Shown piece after piece: positions 19,432 to 31,790 of a stretch of 64,000 nt of DNA; the first letter of the stretch is position 1, and each line of letters begins with the position of its first letter. Under the pieces are notes generated by a model that ran no database searches, was not told the DNA's origin, and was given only the letters and a program-made list of their open reading frames with translations. This DNA is from Bacteroidia bacterium (lineage in GTDB: Bacteria; Bacteroidota; Bacteroidia; Palsa-965). Where the stretch lies: positions 408 to 64,407 of the forward strand of contig JBIOHC010000013.1 in NCBI GenBank assembly GCA_044448685.1, in the 5' to 3' direction. The translations under genes were made by a program, and so were the position numbers.

Positions 19432-20555
19432 GTATTTTCGAAAACTTCCCAATCCTTCCAAACAGATTCATAACCTCCTTTACGAATCATCCTGGCAATT
19501 TCATCCGGACTACGTTCATCCGAAATTTCGAACTGTTCCAGTGATTCAGGAGCGGCAGTATACCCTCCCGGATTTGTTTTTGAACCGGCGCTCATACTTG
19601 TTATACCCAAAGGGAAAACATGATCCCGGAATTTTTCACTTTCACGAGTACTAAGTGAAAGCTCTACTTCCGGATTGAACAATCTGTATGCACATATCAG
19701 TTGAACGAGCTCCCTGTCTGTCATATATGTATTGAATGATTTCCGGTCATGCTGCCCTTTATGCTCCGTTTCGATTGGCCTTAACCGGGGGAAAGAAATA
19801 CTGTATTTAGTCTCCCAATATGTGCGCTCCAGATAATTCAGATGTAAAGCTGTAAAGAAGGCATCTGTACGCCAGTCCTCCAGTCCAATCAATGCCCCTA
19901 TTCCTATTTTATGCAATCCGGCTTTTCCGATCCGATCCGGTGTCGCCAGGCGGTATTCGAAATTTGATTTCTTGCCCTTCGGATGATGACTCTTATATTT
20001 TCCTTCATGATAGGTTTCCTGGTATACCAAAACAGCCCCGAGGCCTTCTTTATATAGTATTTCATACTCCTCCTGCTCCAATGGCTGAACCTCCATTGAA
20101 ATATGAGAAAACAAGGGCCTGAGCAATCGAATGGTCCGGATAAAATAATCCATGCCTACATGCGATGATTCCCCTGTCACAAGCAGGACATGATCATAAC
20201 CCCATGCTTTGAGTACAGTGGCTTCCTGCAGAATTTCCTTGTCACTCAGGGTTTTCCGGGCAATGGAATTATCCAGACTGAAAGCGCAGTAATTGCAAAT
20301 ATTCTGGCATTCATTGGAAAGGTACAATGGAGCATAAAGCTGGATTGTACGTCCGAAGCGTTTGAGTGTAAGTGCATGACTTAGTGTCGCCATTTCTTCC
20401 AGGAATGGAGCAGCAGCAGGGGAGATGAGGGCTTTGAAATCTTCCAGATTTCTTTTGTCCTTCTTCAAGGCACAGCGAACATCTGATCCGGTCTTTTCCA
20501 GAATAGATGCTTTAGAAGATTCCCAGTCGTATTGTTTAAATTGATTTTGAAACAT
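19428..20555 (-). CDS. thiH: 2-iminoacetate synthase ThiH (radical SAM)
   Basis: Radical-SAM cluster motif CQNICNYCAF. Positioned downstream of thiG. Confidence 0.92.
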   Translation of the reverse strand: MFQNQFKQYDWESSKASILEKTGSDVRCALKKDKRNLEDFKALISPAAAPFLEEMATLSHALTLKRFGRTIQLYAPLYLSNECQNICNYCAFSLDNSIARKTLSDKEILQEATVLKAWGYDHVLLVTGESSHVGMDYFIRTIRLLRPLFSHISMEVQPLEQEEYEILYKEGLGAVLVYQETYHEGKYKSHHPKGKKSNFEYRLATPDRIGKAGLHKIGIGALIGLEDWRTDAFFTALHLNYLERTYWETKYSISFPRLRPIETEHKGQHDRKSFNTYMTDRELVQLICAYRLFNPEVELSLSTRESEKFRDHVFPLGITSMSAGSKTNPGGYTAAPESLEQFEISDERSPDEIARMIRKGGYESVWKDWEVFENT

Positions 20556-20567
20556 AGCTGCTGATGC

Positions 20568-21350
20568 TTAATCGTTCAGAAACGCTGTGAGTGGACTGGT
20601 TGCATGGGCACCGGAATGTATAGGTGCAAGCTTTGCTTCAAATGCCATACGACCGGCTTCCACTGCCTTCTTAAAAGCAACGGCCATTTGCACAGGATTG
20701 CCTGCCGCAGCAATGGCCGTGTTGACCAGAACAGCATCTGCACCCATTTCCATAGCCGCCGCAGCATCCGATGGGGCTCCAATACCTGCATCGACGACCA
20801 CCGGAACCTTACTTTGTTCTATTATAATTTCCAGAAAATCCCTTGTCTTTAATCCTTTATTACTTCCTATTGGAGAGCCTAACGGCATTACCGCTGCTAC
20901 TCCCGCTTCTTCCAGCCTTTTACACAAAACAGGATCGGCATGTATATAAGGTAGTACAACAAATCCAAGTTTAACCAGCTCTTCTGAAGCTTTAAGTGTT
21001 TCAATGGCATCGGGCAGGAGGTATTTGGGATCAGGATGTATTTCCAGTTTGAGCCAGTTGGTTCTTAATGCTTCCCTCGCCAGCTCTGCAGCATACACTG
21101 CTTCTTTCGCATTTCTGGCTCCGGATGTATTTGGCAACAAACGGAACTGGGCATGATTCAGATGAGCCAGAATATCTGTTTGCTGATGTTTAAGATCAAC
21201 CCTTTTCAAAGCCACAGTAACCAGTTCAGAACCGGAAGCAAGCAAAGCTTCTTCCATCACGCGGGATGAACTGAATTTACCAGTACCGGTGAACAATCTG
21301 GATGTTAATACGGTACCGGCGATAGTCAATTTTGCAGGGGTGTTGCTCAT
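20568..21350 (-). CDS. thiG: thiazole synthase
   Basis: [26 protein letters not shown] and [12 protein letters not shown] are typical of ThiG. Confidence 0.95.
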   Translation of the reverse strand: MSNTPAKLTIAGTVLTSRLFTGTGKFSSSRVMEEALLASGSELVTVALKRVDLKHQQTDILAHLNHAQFRLLPNTSGARNAKEAVYAAELAREALRTNWLKLEIHPDPKYLLPDAIETLKASEELVKLGFVVLPYIHADPVLCKRLEEAGVAAVMPLGSPIGSNKGLKTRDFLEIIIEQSKVPVVVDAGIGAPSDAAAAMEMGADAVLVNTAIAAAGNPVQMAVAFKKAVEAGRMAFEAKLAPIHSGAHATSPLTAFLND

Positions 21351-21351
21351 T

Positions 21352-21996
21352 TTAAGGAATATAAGTTTCAGATATCTGTTTCAGCTGAAGCACAAATCTT
21401 TTTGCTGCCTCTTCAGGTTGCGGATCTTGTCCAATAGCAGAGGAAACAGCAATTCCGTTTACACCGGCCCTTATCAACTCTTCAACATCCTGAACCTTTA
21501 TGCCTCCAATGGCAATAACAGGAAGGTCAGAGATCATACGGAATTGTTTAATAAATGATTCAATGCCTTCTGATCCAAGTACTGGACTGAGGTTTTTCTT
21601 TGTATGTGTAAACCGGAAGGGGCCTAACCCTATATAGTTAGCTGATGTGCTGGCCATAGCTTTCAAATCATTCCAGTTATTTGCTGTCGCCCCGATGATG
21701 GCTGAAGGCCCGAGGATTTTCCGGGCTTCATCCACCGGTATGTCAGTTTGTCCCAAATGAACCCCATCGGTACAAAATTCACGGGCAAGAAAAACATAAT
21801 CATTGATGATGAGCCTGGCACCATATTCCTTGCAAATCCTAAACGTCTCTTTCACAATCTCGGGACGATGAGATTCTTCTGTGTTCTTCATTCTTAACTG
21901 TACCCAGCTCACTCCGCCTTTACAGGCGAGTCGGGTCAGATCCTGATGTGTATGTCCGGGAAGATCCTGAGTTATATAATGCAATTTAGCTATCAT
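21352..21996 (-). CDS. thiE: thiamine-phosphate synthase
   Basis: ThiE/TMP-TENI fold ([19 protein letters not shown]). Inside the thi operon. Confidence 0.9.
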   Translation of the reverse strand: MIAKLHYITQDLPGHTHQDLTRLACKGGVSWVQLRMKNTEESHRPEIVKETFRICKEYGARLIINDYVFLAREFCTDGVHLGQTDIPVDEARKILGPSAIIGATANNWNDLKAMASTSANYIGLGPFRFTHTKKNLSPVLGSEGIESFIKQFRMISDLPVIAIGGIKVQDVEELIRAGVNGIAVSSAIGQDPQPEEAAKRFVLQLKQISETYIP

Positions 21997-22778
21997 CGCT
22001 CTGAAATAACAGGGTGAGGTGACGGGTTATGGAAACCCAGCAATGTTTCATTACTATCAAGCACCTCCAGGGTATATTCTTTGGCGAGGAGACAAGCCTT
22101 TGGCAGATCAGCTCCTTTTGCCAGGAATGCCGTAATCGCTGAAGACAGGATGCAACCTGACCCGTGTTTGGGCATAACCGGTTGTGTCCGGCCTCCGTAA
22201 TTCAGGTGCTTTCCTTCCCGAAGCATCAATATATCTTCTCCAGCCCGGTCTTTACGGTGTCCTCCTTTTAAAAACACGTTGCAGAGTTCACTTAGCTTAC
22301 GGGCATTGAGTTCAGCTGATTCCGTTTCTCCCAGTTCCAGAGCTTCAGGCAGGTTAGGAGTAAGGAGATACACCTCCCTGCACACCTCCATCAGGAGTTG
22401 CTGTTCCTGTACAGTATGAAAAGTATATCCTGCACTTGCACGGAGAATAGGATCCCAGATAAAACGGACTCCCGGAATCCGTGTTCGTATATGCCGCAAT
22501 AAACGAAGCAGTATATGCATATTTTCCACGAGTCCGATCTTAACATACATTGGCTGAAAACGATCTAACAAAACATCCGCTTGTTGGATAATTGTCTTTT
22601 CTGAAATCCATTCTACGCCCAGAAACTGTTCATCATTCTGAAATGTAATGGCAGAACAAACTCCCAGGCCATATACATGGCATGATTCCATTGTTTTGAT
22701 ATCAGCCAGTATTCCGGCTCCTCCGCTGGGGTCAAAGCCGGCAATGCTGAGAGCAAAGGGTCGGGAAGGTTTATTCAT
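21993..22778 (-). CDS. thiD: hydroxymethylpyrimidine/phosphomethylpyrimidine kinase
   Basis: GFDPSGGAGILADIKT N-terminal motif. 4-nt overlap with thiE. Confidence 0.88.
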   Translation of the reverse strand: MNKPSRPFALSIAGFDPSGGAGILADIKTMESCHVYGLGVCSAITFQNDEQFLGVEWISEKTIIQQADVLLDRFQPMYVKIGLVENMHILLRLLRHIRTRIPGVRFIWDPILRASAGYTFHTVQEQQLLMEVCREVYLLTPNLPEALELGETESAELNARKLSELCNVFLKGGHRKDRAGEDILMLREGKHLNYGGRTQPVMPKHGSGCILSSAITAFLAKGADLPKACLLAKEYTLEVLDSNETLLGFHNPSPHPVISER

Positions 22779-22787
22779 CGGCTTGGA

Positions 22788-24668
<1,881 letters not shown>

Positions 24669-24713
24669 TCACCCTTTCGGGGTTATCGCTCTACGCTCTG
24701 TTTCTCGTTTTTT

Positions 24714-24917
24714 TTACCCTCCCTGACTCGCTTCAATGATTACAATCTCATCTGAATCCTTCATTTGTTCATGCTCCCAACTTGACCTTTGTATGATACG
24801 CTTGTTTACGGAAACGGCAATTCCTTTTTTTGCTTTCAGGCCCAGGCTTTCCAGAACCCCATCTAAGGAGCTGCCTGATTCAAATTCATACTTGACATTA
24901 TTGATACAAATTTGCAT
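24714..24917 (-). CDS. thiS: sulfur carrier protein ThiS
   Basis: 67 aa with a C-terminal GG. First gene after the TPP riboswitch. Confidence 0.9.
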   Translation of the reverse strand: MQICINNVKYEFESGSSLDGVLESLGLKAKKGIAVSVNKRIIQRSSWEHEQMKDSDEIVIIEASQGG

Positions 24918-24924
24918 TGCTCAT

Positions 24925-25066
24925 TTCATATTAGCTGCGAAAAGGGGGAGAGGAGTGTACCTCAAAAGGGGGAGGGTACATTGCTTTTCCCTTCGCAGGC
25001 ATGATCCTGTTCAGGTTCAGAGGGTATTATCTCAGCCTATCTATACAGACAGACACCCCTAAAGTC
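24925..25066 (-). promoter_or_regulatory. TPP (THI-box) riboswitch
   Basis: Minus-strand reading is AGGGGTGTC...GCTGAGATAATACCCTCTGAACCTGAACAGGATCATGCCTGCGAAGGGAAAAG. The CTGAGA, ACCC, GAACCTGA, ATGCC.GCG and AGGGA blocks all match the TPP aptamer consensus. Confidence 0.9.
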
Positions 25067-25133
25067 TTGGCTTCACAATTTTACGAATAATATAAATCCC
25101 GGGCTAATTTCTTTTTCAACAAAAAACAGGGCT

Positions 25134-25760
25134 TCAGGCATTCGCTCCCAAAAGAATTCTCATTCTATCCAGTAATTGTACCGGATCAGGCGTTGTCAAC
25201 AAAGCTCCATGTAAAGCGGCACCTTGAAATCCAAGTTCTCTTGCCAGAAGCAAGGTGTCCTGATCTATACCACCAAGCGCATACACTGGTGTCTCACATA
25301 TCCCTGAACCAAGAATCATTTTAAGCTCTTTTCTGTCAAAAGCAGGCTCGTATCCCTCTTTGCTGATAGAGGGAAATACTGGGCTAAGAAAGACATAAGA
25401 ATAATGCTTCCCGTTTTCTATCAAATCATGCAGGTCGTGAAAAGAAGCGGATGAAAATATGCCCGATCCTGCTTTCTTTCCTTGTATACTATTACCCCGG
25501 GCCCTGGCTGATTCGGTGAGGTGAATACCCCTCAGTTTCAATGAAGCAGCAAGCTCATAATGACCATGTATGACAATTCTTTGGTATAATGATCCGGGCA
25601 GGCTTTCCAAAAAAGTACGGAAAGAAGCCTGATTCAAGGTACCGGGACGTATATGAATGAGTTCAGTCCCACTGCAAAACGCTTCAATCATCTTCTCTGA
25701 CAATACATGGACATGTTCACAGGTATGGACCAGGACTAAGGAAAATTGAGGGTTCTGCAT
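25134..25760 (-). CDS. ThiE/TenI-family protein (second thiamine-phosphate synthase-like paralog)
   Basis: TMP-TENI fold similarity (IHLTE..., ALGGI). The internal ATG at 25760 is preferred over the ORF-track start at 25793. Confidence 0.75.
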   Translation of the reverse strand: MQNPQFSLVLVHTCEHVHVLSEKMIEAFCSGTELIHIRPGTLNQASFRTFLESLPGSLYQRIVIHGHYELAASLKLRGIHLTESARARGNSIQGKKAGSGIFSSASFHDLHDLIENGKHYSYVFLSPVFPSISKEGYEPAFDRKELKMILGSGICETPVYALGGIDQDTLLLARELGFQGAALHGALLTTPDPVQLLDRMRILLGANA

Positions 25761-26079
25761 TTTAACAAAATCGATCTGTATACAAAAGTACATTATGAAT
25801 CAGCGTTTACCCGCAGGATTCAGAATCCATCCTTGAAATTTGTTAATATTTTGTTCGTAACCCAAGCTTGCATTACCACTTTTGTTTGCTAAAAAAATTG
25901 TAAGATAAACAGCAAAAATGGCCTTTTCTTGCGCTTTTTAAAGCTTTTTCAAGAGAAAAATTAATACCTTTAACCGTTTTTTCGTAACTTAAGTGTCATC
26001 CAGCAACCCGGCACGATTTTTAGGCCTTGGTTTGGACAGATATCATACTCATTGTACATCAAAAACATTCGGATTATAC

Positions 26080-29000
26080 GTGAAGCACCTCAATAGCATC
26101 ATTCTACTCGTTCTATTTTTTAGTCTTCCTGCAGAACATCTCTTTGCCCAGAATGCTACCTGGTATTTTACTTTTGCCGGTCGTGTAGAACATCCTGACG
26201 AGAAGAAAGGTAAGGATGTGGATCTGGAAGGTGCTATATGTACCCTTACCAAGAGCGGTTCCGTTGTCAGTACACAGACAACTACCAGTAGTGGTAAATT
26301 CTCCTTCCAGCTCGAACCAAATGCAGATTATGTGATTTCGTTTACCAAACCGGGGTTCATTGTGAAGAAATTTGCCATTTCCACACATAATGTGCCGGAC
26401 GACAGAGCCCAGCATGGATTCAATGAATGGAAAATTGAAGTAGTGATTTTTGAGCAATATCCCGGTCTGGATTATTCGGTGACCAACAACCCTATTGCAA
26501 AAGTTGTATTCAACGGTTCCAAGGAAGTGGACGATTTTGGGTTTGATCAGGCTTATACAGACCAGATGAAAGGCGCTCTGGCCAAGCTTCAGCAACTGGC
26601 CGATCAGGCGAGAAAGAAAGATCATGATTTTGCTGCTGCCATGACAGCGGGTGATAAAGCTTTTCAGAATAAGGACTGGGCCGGAGCCAAGGCTCAGTAT
26701 GATGCTGCTTCTGTAATTAAGCCAACAGAAAAGGCCCCTATAGACAAAAGCAAGGAATGCGCAGCCAATATCGCAGCTGATCTCAATAAAGGAAAGGCCG
26801 ATGCCGATTACAAAGCTGCCATGTCAGCAGGAGACCAAAGCCTTGGATCCAAAAGCTATGATGCAGCGAAGACTTCCTATCAGAAAGCCTTAACACTTAA
26901 ACCAGGTGACGGCCCTGCCACTCAGAAACTCAAAGATGTCGATGCAGCCATTGCCAAGGCAGCTGCCGATGCCAAAGCCAATGCCGATTATACAGCTGCC
27001 ATGGCCGAGGGAGATAAAGCTTTCGGAACTAAAGCCTGGGATGCCGCTAAAACTGCTTACAATAAAGCCCTTACGGCTAAACCCAATGACGGTCCGGCAA
27101 CCCAAAAGCTCAAGGATGTGGATACCGCAATGTCTGCAGAGAAGGCCAATGCCAAAAAAGATGCTGATTATAAAGCAGCTATGGCTGATGGGGACAAAGC
27201 CTTCGGAACCAAAGGATGGGATGCTGCCAAAGCAGCCTATAACAAAGCTCTGGGCATTAAACCGAATGATCCTCCTGCCACGCAAAAATTAAAAGATGTG
27301 GATGCTGCCATTGCTGCGGATAAGGCTAACGCAAAGAAAGATGCAGATTATACGGCTGCTATGGCTGAAGGAGATAAAGCATTCGTTGCTAAGACCTGGG
27401 ATGCTGCCAAAACAGCTTACAATAAAGCACTTTCTTTGAAGCCGGGGGATGCTCCGGCTACTCAGAAACTCAAAGATGTGGATGCTGCCATTGCAGCCGA
27501 TAAAGCCAACGCCAAGAAAGATGCTGATTATACCGCAGCAATGGCTGAAGGAGACAAAGCTTTCGGAACCAAAACCTGGGATGCTGCTAAAACTGCTTAC
27601 AATAAAGCACTCACACTTAAAGCCGGTGACCCGCCTGCTACCCAGAAACTTAAAGATGTTGACGCAGCCATTGCAGCCGATAAAGCCAATGCAAAGAAGG
27701 ATGCCGATTATACTGCTGCCATGGCTGAAGGAGACAAAGCCTTTGGTACAAAGACCTGGGATGCTGCTAAAGCGGCTTACAATAAAGCACTGACACTGAA
27801 AGCCGGTGACCCGCCTGCAACCCAGAAACTCAAAGATGTGGATGCTGCTATTGCCGCAGATAAAGCCAATGCAAAAAAGGATGCCGATTATACCGCTGCC
27901 ATGGCAGAAGGAGATAAAGCCTTCGGTACCAAAACCTGGGATGCTGCCAAAGCTGGCTACAATAAAGCCTTGGCTCTTAAGCCAGGCGATGGCCCCGCAA
28001 CTCAGAAACTAAAAGATGTGGATGCTGCCATTTCTGCAGATAAAGCTAATGCAAAGAAAGATGCTGATTATACCGCGGCTATGGCCGAGGGGGACAAGGC
28101 TTTTGGAACCAAGACCTGGGATGCCGCTAAAACTGCTTACAATAAAGCCCTTTCATTTAAACCTGGCGATGCTCCTGCTACACAGAAACTGAAAGATGTG
28201 GATGCCGCTATTGCCGCTGATAAAGCCAATGTAAAGAAGGATGCCGACTATGCTGCAGCCATGGCCGACGGAGACAAAGCATTCGGTGCCAAAACCTGGG
28301 ATGCCGCCAAAACTGCTTATAACAAGGCACTCGTTGCCAAACCCGGTGATGCCCCTGCTACGCAGAAACTAAAAGATGTAGATGCTGCCATTGCAGCAGA
28401 TAAAGCCAATGCAAAAAAAGATGCCGATTATAAGACAGCAATGGCCGAAGGTGATAAAGCATTTGGCGCAAAGACGTGGGAAGCCGCCAAAGCTGCTTAT
28501 AACAAAGCCCTCGTTGCCAAACCCGGTGATGCCCCGGCTACACAGAAGCTCAAAGATGTGGATACGGCAATTGCTGCAGAGAAATCCAAAGGGCAACTCG
28601 AGGCCGATTATAAAGCTGCCATGGCCGACGGAGACAAAGCATTCGGTACCAAGACCTGGGATGCCGCCAAAACGGCTTACAACAAAGCCCTCGTTGCCAA
28701 ACCCGGTGATGCTCCCGCTACTCAGAAACTCAAAGACATAGACGCTGCCATTGCAGCGGATAAACTCAACGGTCAAAAAGAAGCCGACTACAAAGCAGCA
28801 ATGGATGCCGGAAACCAAAACTTTGGTACCAAGACCTGGGATGCTGCGAAAGCCAGCTATCAGAAAGCGCTCACCGCCAAGCCCGGGGATGTTCCTGCAA
28901 CTCAAAAGCTGAAAGAAGTAGATGCTGCCATTGCAGCCGATAAGCTCAATGGACAAAAGGATGCTGAATACAAAGCAGCCATGGATGCCGGAAACCAAAG

Positions 29001-31353
29001 TTTCGGAACAAAGGCCTGGGACGCAGCAAAAACAAGTTATCAGAAAGCCCTCACAGCTAAACCAGGTGATGCGCCCGCAACCCAGAAATTAAAAGATGTG
29101 GATGCAGCCATCGCACTTGAAAAAGGGTTGAAAGCTAAAGAAGCCCAATATACCGCTGCCCTTAAAAAGGGGGACGATGGCATGAAGGCTAAGAAATACG
29201 ATGATGCAAAAGCAGCTTATACAGAGGCGACAGGCCTTAAACCCGATGAACAACTTCCTAAAGATAAGCTGAAAGAGATTGCCAATATTCAGAATGCGCT
29301 CCTGGGTGTTGAAGCAAAGAACAAAGCATACCAGGCCGCTATTTTAAAAGCTGATGCGGCTTTCAAAGCAAAGGATTACAACCCTGCCAGAACAGCCTAT
29401 ACTGAAGCTTCCGGCATTAAACCAGATGAAGCATATCCCAAGAGTCAGCTCAAGGCTATTGATGACGCAATCAACAAAGACAAAGATGCAGAAGCAAAGT
29501 ATACTGCGGCTATTCAGAAGGGATCCGATGCTTTTGGTAAAAAGGATTATGCAGAGGCAAAATCAGCCTATACAGAAGCCAGCGGTATAAAACCTGCTGA
29601 GCAGATGCCAAAAGATAAAATTAAGGAATGTGAAAAGTTTCTGGCCGATGCGTTGCTGAAAGAGAAAGATGCCAAAGCCAAAGAAGCTCAATATATTGCT
29701 GCACTCAAAAAAGGTGAGGATGGCATGAAAGCCAAAAAATATGATGTTGCCAAAGCCGCCTATACGGAAGCTACCGGATTAAAACCGGATGAACAGCTCC
29801 CTAAAGACAAGCTGAAAGAAATAGGTGATCTTCAGAATGCGCTCCTCGGTGCAGAAGCCAAGAACAAAGCCTATCAGGCTGCGATCCTTAAAGCCGATGC
29901 GGCTTTCAAAACCAGGGATTACAATCCAGCTAAGACTTCGTATACGGAAGCATCTGGCATAAAACCCGATGAAGCTTACCCGAAAAATCAGTTAAAAGCT
30001 ATTGAAGAAGCATTGAACAAGGATGCTGCTGCTGCTGCTAAGTATACGGCTGCCATTAAAGCCGGTGACGATGCTTTTAATGCAAAGGATTATCCAAAAG
30101 CAAAAACATCCTATACCGAAGCAAGTTCACTCAAATCGGCAGAGCAATATCCTAAGGACAGGATCAGAGAGTGTGACAAACTGATTGCCGATAACCTGAA
30201 AAACGGTCAGGCTGAAACTGAGTACAAAGTTGCCATTGCTGCCGGTGATAAAGCATTCGATGCTAAATCCTGGGATGCGGCCAAAATCTCCTTCCAGAAA
30301 GCTTCGGGATTAAAACCTGCAGAACAATATCCTAAAGACAAACTAAAGCTGATAGAAGATCAGCTCAAAGGCGCTGATGCGATCAAAGTCAAAAATGCCA
30401 AATACACGGCAGCTCTTGTAAAGGCTGATGCCGCTTTCAAACTCAAGAAGTGGGATGATGCAAAAGCCGGTTATACCGAGGCTCAGAGTCTTAAGCCTGA
30501 TGAAGAATACCCTCCGGGCCGTTTGAAAGAGATTGATGAAGCTATTCTTCGTGACAAACAAAATCAGGATGTAAACGGCCGTTATTTCAATGCCATGTCA
30601 AAAGGGAATGAGGCACTCGGAGGAAAAGAATATGCTAAAGCCAAAGCCGCATTTGAAGAAGCTCTTTTGATTAAAACCGGCGATGTGCCAGCCAAAACAA
30701 AACTGGATCAGGTCGTTGCTTTGATGACCAAGGAGGAAAAGGACAAAGCCATTATGGGTCAATACAATAAGTTTATTATGGACGGAGACAAGGCCATGGG
30801 CAAGGAAGATTATCCGGTTGCAAAAACGAATTATTCAGAAGCAAGCAAACTGAGACCAGAGCAGGTTTATCCCAAGGATCAGCTGGCGCAAATCAATATT
30901 CTGATAGCCGGTAAGGATAAACGGGATGCTAAGTACAAGGCTGCCATAGCAAAAGGAGATAAATTATTCACCACCAAAGATTTTGCGAATGCGAAAATTG
31001 CCTATCAGGAAGCAAGTGATACAAAACCAAATGATGCAGTAGCCAAACAAAAGATCAGAGATTGTGATGATGCCATCAATAAGCTCATGGTCAAAAACGG
31101 AACAAATCAGGTAGTACCCCATGATGTCCAGTCAACAAAAAGTCTGCTTGCTCAGAAATATGGAGAAGGCATTCATGAATTGCCCGAAACTCAGGAAGTC
31201 AACTGCAAGGTTTTGACCCGTATTGTGGTACATGGCTCTGAAGGGCATAAATACACTCAAAAGACTTACAGTTATGGTCAGACATACTGGTTCAAGGATG
31301 ATGACAGTATCACCCAGAACATTTTTGAAGTGGAAACAGCCTCCAATCATTAA
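26080..31353 (+). CDS. giant secreted repeat protein: CarboxypepD_reg-like N domain, 25 TPR-like ~60-aa repeats, and an unassigned ~90-aa C-terminal domain
   Basis: A GTG at 26080 gives a signal peptide (VKHLNSIILLVLFFSLPAEHLFAQ); the ORF-track start is GTG 25993. The repeat motif is DADYxAAMAEGDKAFGTKTWDAAKTAYNKALxxKPGDAPATQKLKDVDAAIAADKANAKK. Confidence 0.85.
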   Translation: MKHLNSIILLVLFFSLPAEHLFAQNATWYFTFAGRVEHPDEKKGKDVDLEGAICTLTKSGSVVSTQTTTSSGKFSFQLEPNADYVISFTKPGFIVKKFAISTHNVPDDRAQHGFNEWKIEVVIFEQYPGLDYSVTNNPIAKVVFNGSKEVDDFGFDQAYTDQMKGALAKLQQLADQARKKDHDFAAAMTAGDKAFQNKDWAGAKAQYDAASVIKPTEKAPIDKSKECAANIAADLNKGKADADYKAAMSAGDQSLGSKSYDAAKTSYQKALTLKPGDGPATQKLKDVDAAIAKAAADAKANADYTAAMAEGDKAFGTKAWDAAKTAYNKALTAKPNDGPATQKLKDVDTAMSAEKANAKKDADYKAAMADGDKAFGTKGWDAAKAAYNKALGIKPNDPPATQKLKDVDAAIAADKANAKKDADYTAAMAEGDKAFVAKTWDAAKTAYNKALSLKPGDAPATQKLKDVDAAIAADKANAKKDADYTAAMAEGDKAFGTKTWDAAKTAYNKALTLKAGDPPATQKLKDVDAAIAADKANAKKDADYTAAMAEGDKAFGTKTWDAAKAAYNKALTLKAGDPPATQKLKDVDAAIAADKANAKKDADYTAAMAEGDKAFGTKTWDAAKAGYNKALALKPGDGPATQKLKDVDAAISADKANAKKDADYTAAMAEGDKAFGTKTWDAAKTAYNKALSFKPGDAPATQKLKDVDAAIAADKANVKKDADYAAAMADGDKAFGAKTWDAAKTAYNKALVAKPGDAPATQKLKDVDAAIAADKANAKKDADYKTAMAEGDKAFGAKTWEAAKAAYNKALVAKPGDAPATQKLKDVDTAIAAEKSKGQLEADYKAAMADGDKAFGTKTWDAAKTAYNKALVAKPGDAPATQKLKDIDAAIAADKLNGQKEADYKAAMDAGNQNFGTKTWDAAKASYQKALTAKPGDVPATQKLKEVDAAIAADKLNGQKDAEYKAAMDAGNQSFGTKAWDAAKTSYQKALTAKPGDAPATQKLKDVDAAIALEKGLKAKEAQYTAALKKGDDGMKAKKYDDAKAAYTEATGLKPDEQLPKDKLKEIANIQNALLGVEAKNKAYQAAILKADAAFKAKDYNPARTAYTEASGIKPDEAYPKSQLKAIDDAINKDKDAEAKYTAAIQKGSDAFGKKDYAEAKSAYTEASGIKPAEQMPKDKIKECEKFLADALLKEKDAKAKEAQYIAALKKGEDGMKAKKYDVAKAAYTEATGLKPDEQLPKDKLKEIGDLQNALLGAEAKNKAYQAAILKADAAFKTRDYNPAKTSYTEASGIKPDEAYPKNQLKAIEEALNKDAAAAAKYTAAIKAGDDAFNAKDYPKAKTSYTEASSLKSAEQYPKDRIRECDKLIADNLKNGQAETEYKVAIAAGDKAFDAKSWDAAKISFQKASGLKPAEQYPKDKLKLIEDQLKGADAIKVKNAKYTAALVKADAAFKLKKWDDAKAGYTEAQSLKPDEEYPPGRLKEIDEAILRDKQNQDVNGRYFNAMSKGNEALGGKEYAKAKAAFEEALLIKTGDVPAKTKLDQVVALMTKEEKDKAIMGQYNKFIMDGDKAMGKEDYPVAKTNYSEASKLRPEQVYPKDQLAQINILIAGKDKRDAKYKAAIAKGDKLFTTKDFANAKIAYQEASDTKPNDAVAKQKIRDCDDAINKLMVKNGTNQVVPHDVQSTKSLLAQKYGEGIHELPETQEVNCKVLTRIVVHGSEGHKYTQKTYSYGQTYWFKDDDSITQNIFEVETASNH
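26620..31090 (+). repeat. intragenic tandem repeat region (25 units; 13 of them with a strict 180-bp period)
   Basis: I counted the units directly in the translated ORF. Antisense and off-frame ORFs in the track (26890-27285, 28369-28998 and others) are by-products of the period. Confidence 0.9.
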
Positions 31354-31372
31354 TTCCCCGTTTATCCTTACC

Positions 31373-31784
31373 TTTGCAGGGCAGGCCGATCCATCGCTGC
31401 AGGTGTTACAACCGGCAGAGGAAAGTCCGGGCAACTCAGAGCATCCTGCTTCCTAACGGGAAGGGAGGTTCCGAAAGGAATTTAACGGAAAGTGCCACAG
31501 AAAATAACCACCCTAATCGCGAAATGCGTTAGGGTAAGGGTGAAAATGTGAGGTAAGAGCTCACAGGCATAACTGGCAACAGTTATGCAGGGTAAACCCC
31601 GGGAGTTGTAAGATCAAATAAGTCATGGGCCTGGGGCTGCTCGCTCCAATTCCGGATGCAAATCCGGATCGCATGACGGGTAGATCGCTAGATCCCGACT
31701 GTGAAGTCGGGACCAGATAAATGATGGATAGTTCAGACGGTATCCGTTTGAAGGAAACAGAACCCGGCTTACGAGCCTGCAAAA
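31373..31784 (+). ncRNA. rnpB: RNase P RNA, bacterial type A
   Basis: Universal P4 motifs GAGGAAAGTCCGGGC and ACAGAACCCGGCTTA. Also GGTAAGGGTGAAA...GTAAGAGC. P1 pairs TTTGCAGG with CCTGCAAA. Confidence 0.92.
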
Positions 31785-31790
31785 CATGAA

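Noticed and set aside
24941-24983. Classical intrinsic terminator as the TPP riboswitch expression platform
   Set aside because: The segment after the aptamer (minus strand GTACCCTCCCCCTTTTGAGGTAC ACTCCTCTCCCCCTTTT) forms only a short bulged hairpin with no immediately following U-run. The mechanism, translational or transcriptional, cannot be decided from sequence alone.
26049-31434. Numerous off-frame and antisense ORFs within the giant repeat gene (for example 26113-26625 -, 26890-27285 -, 27449-27793 +, 28369-28998 -)
   Set aside because: They are embedded in a single long ORF with coherent repeat structure and a signal peptide. Their openness follows from the 180-bp periodicity and Ala/Lys/Asp-rich codon content.
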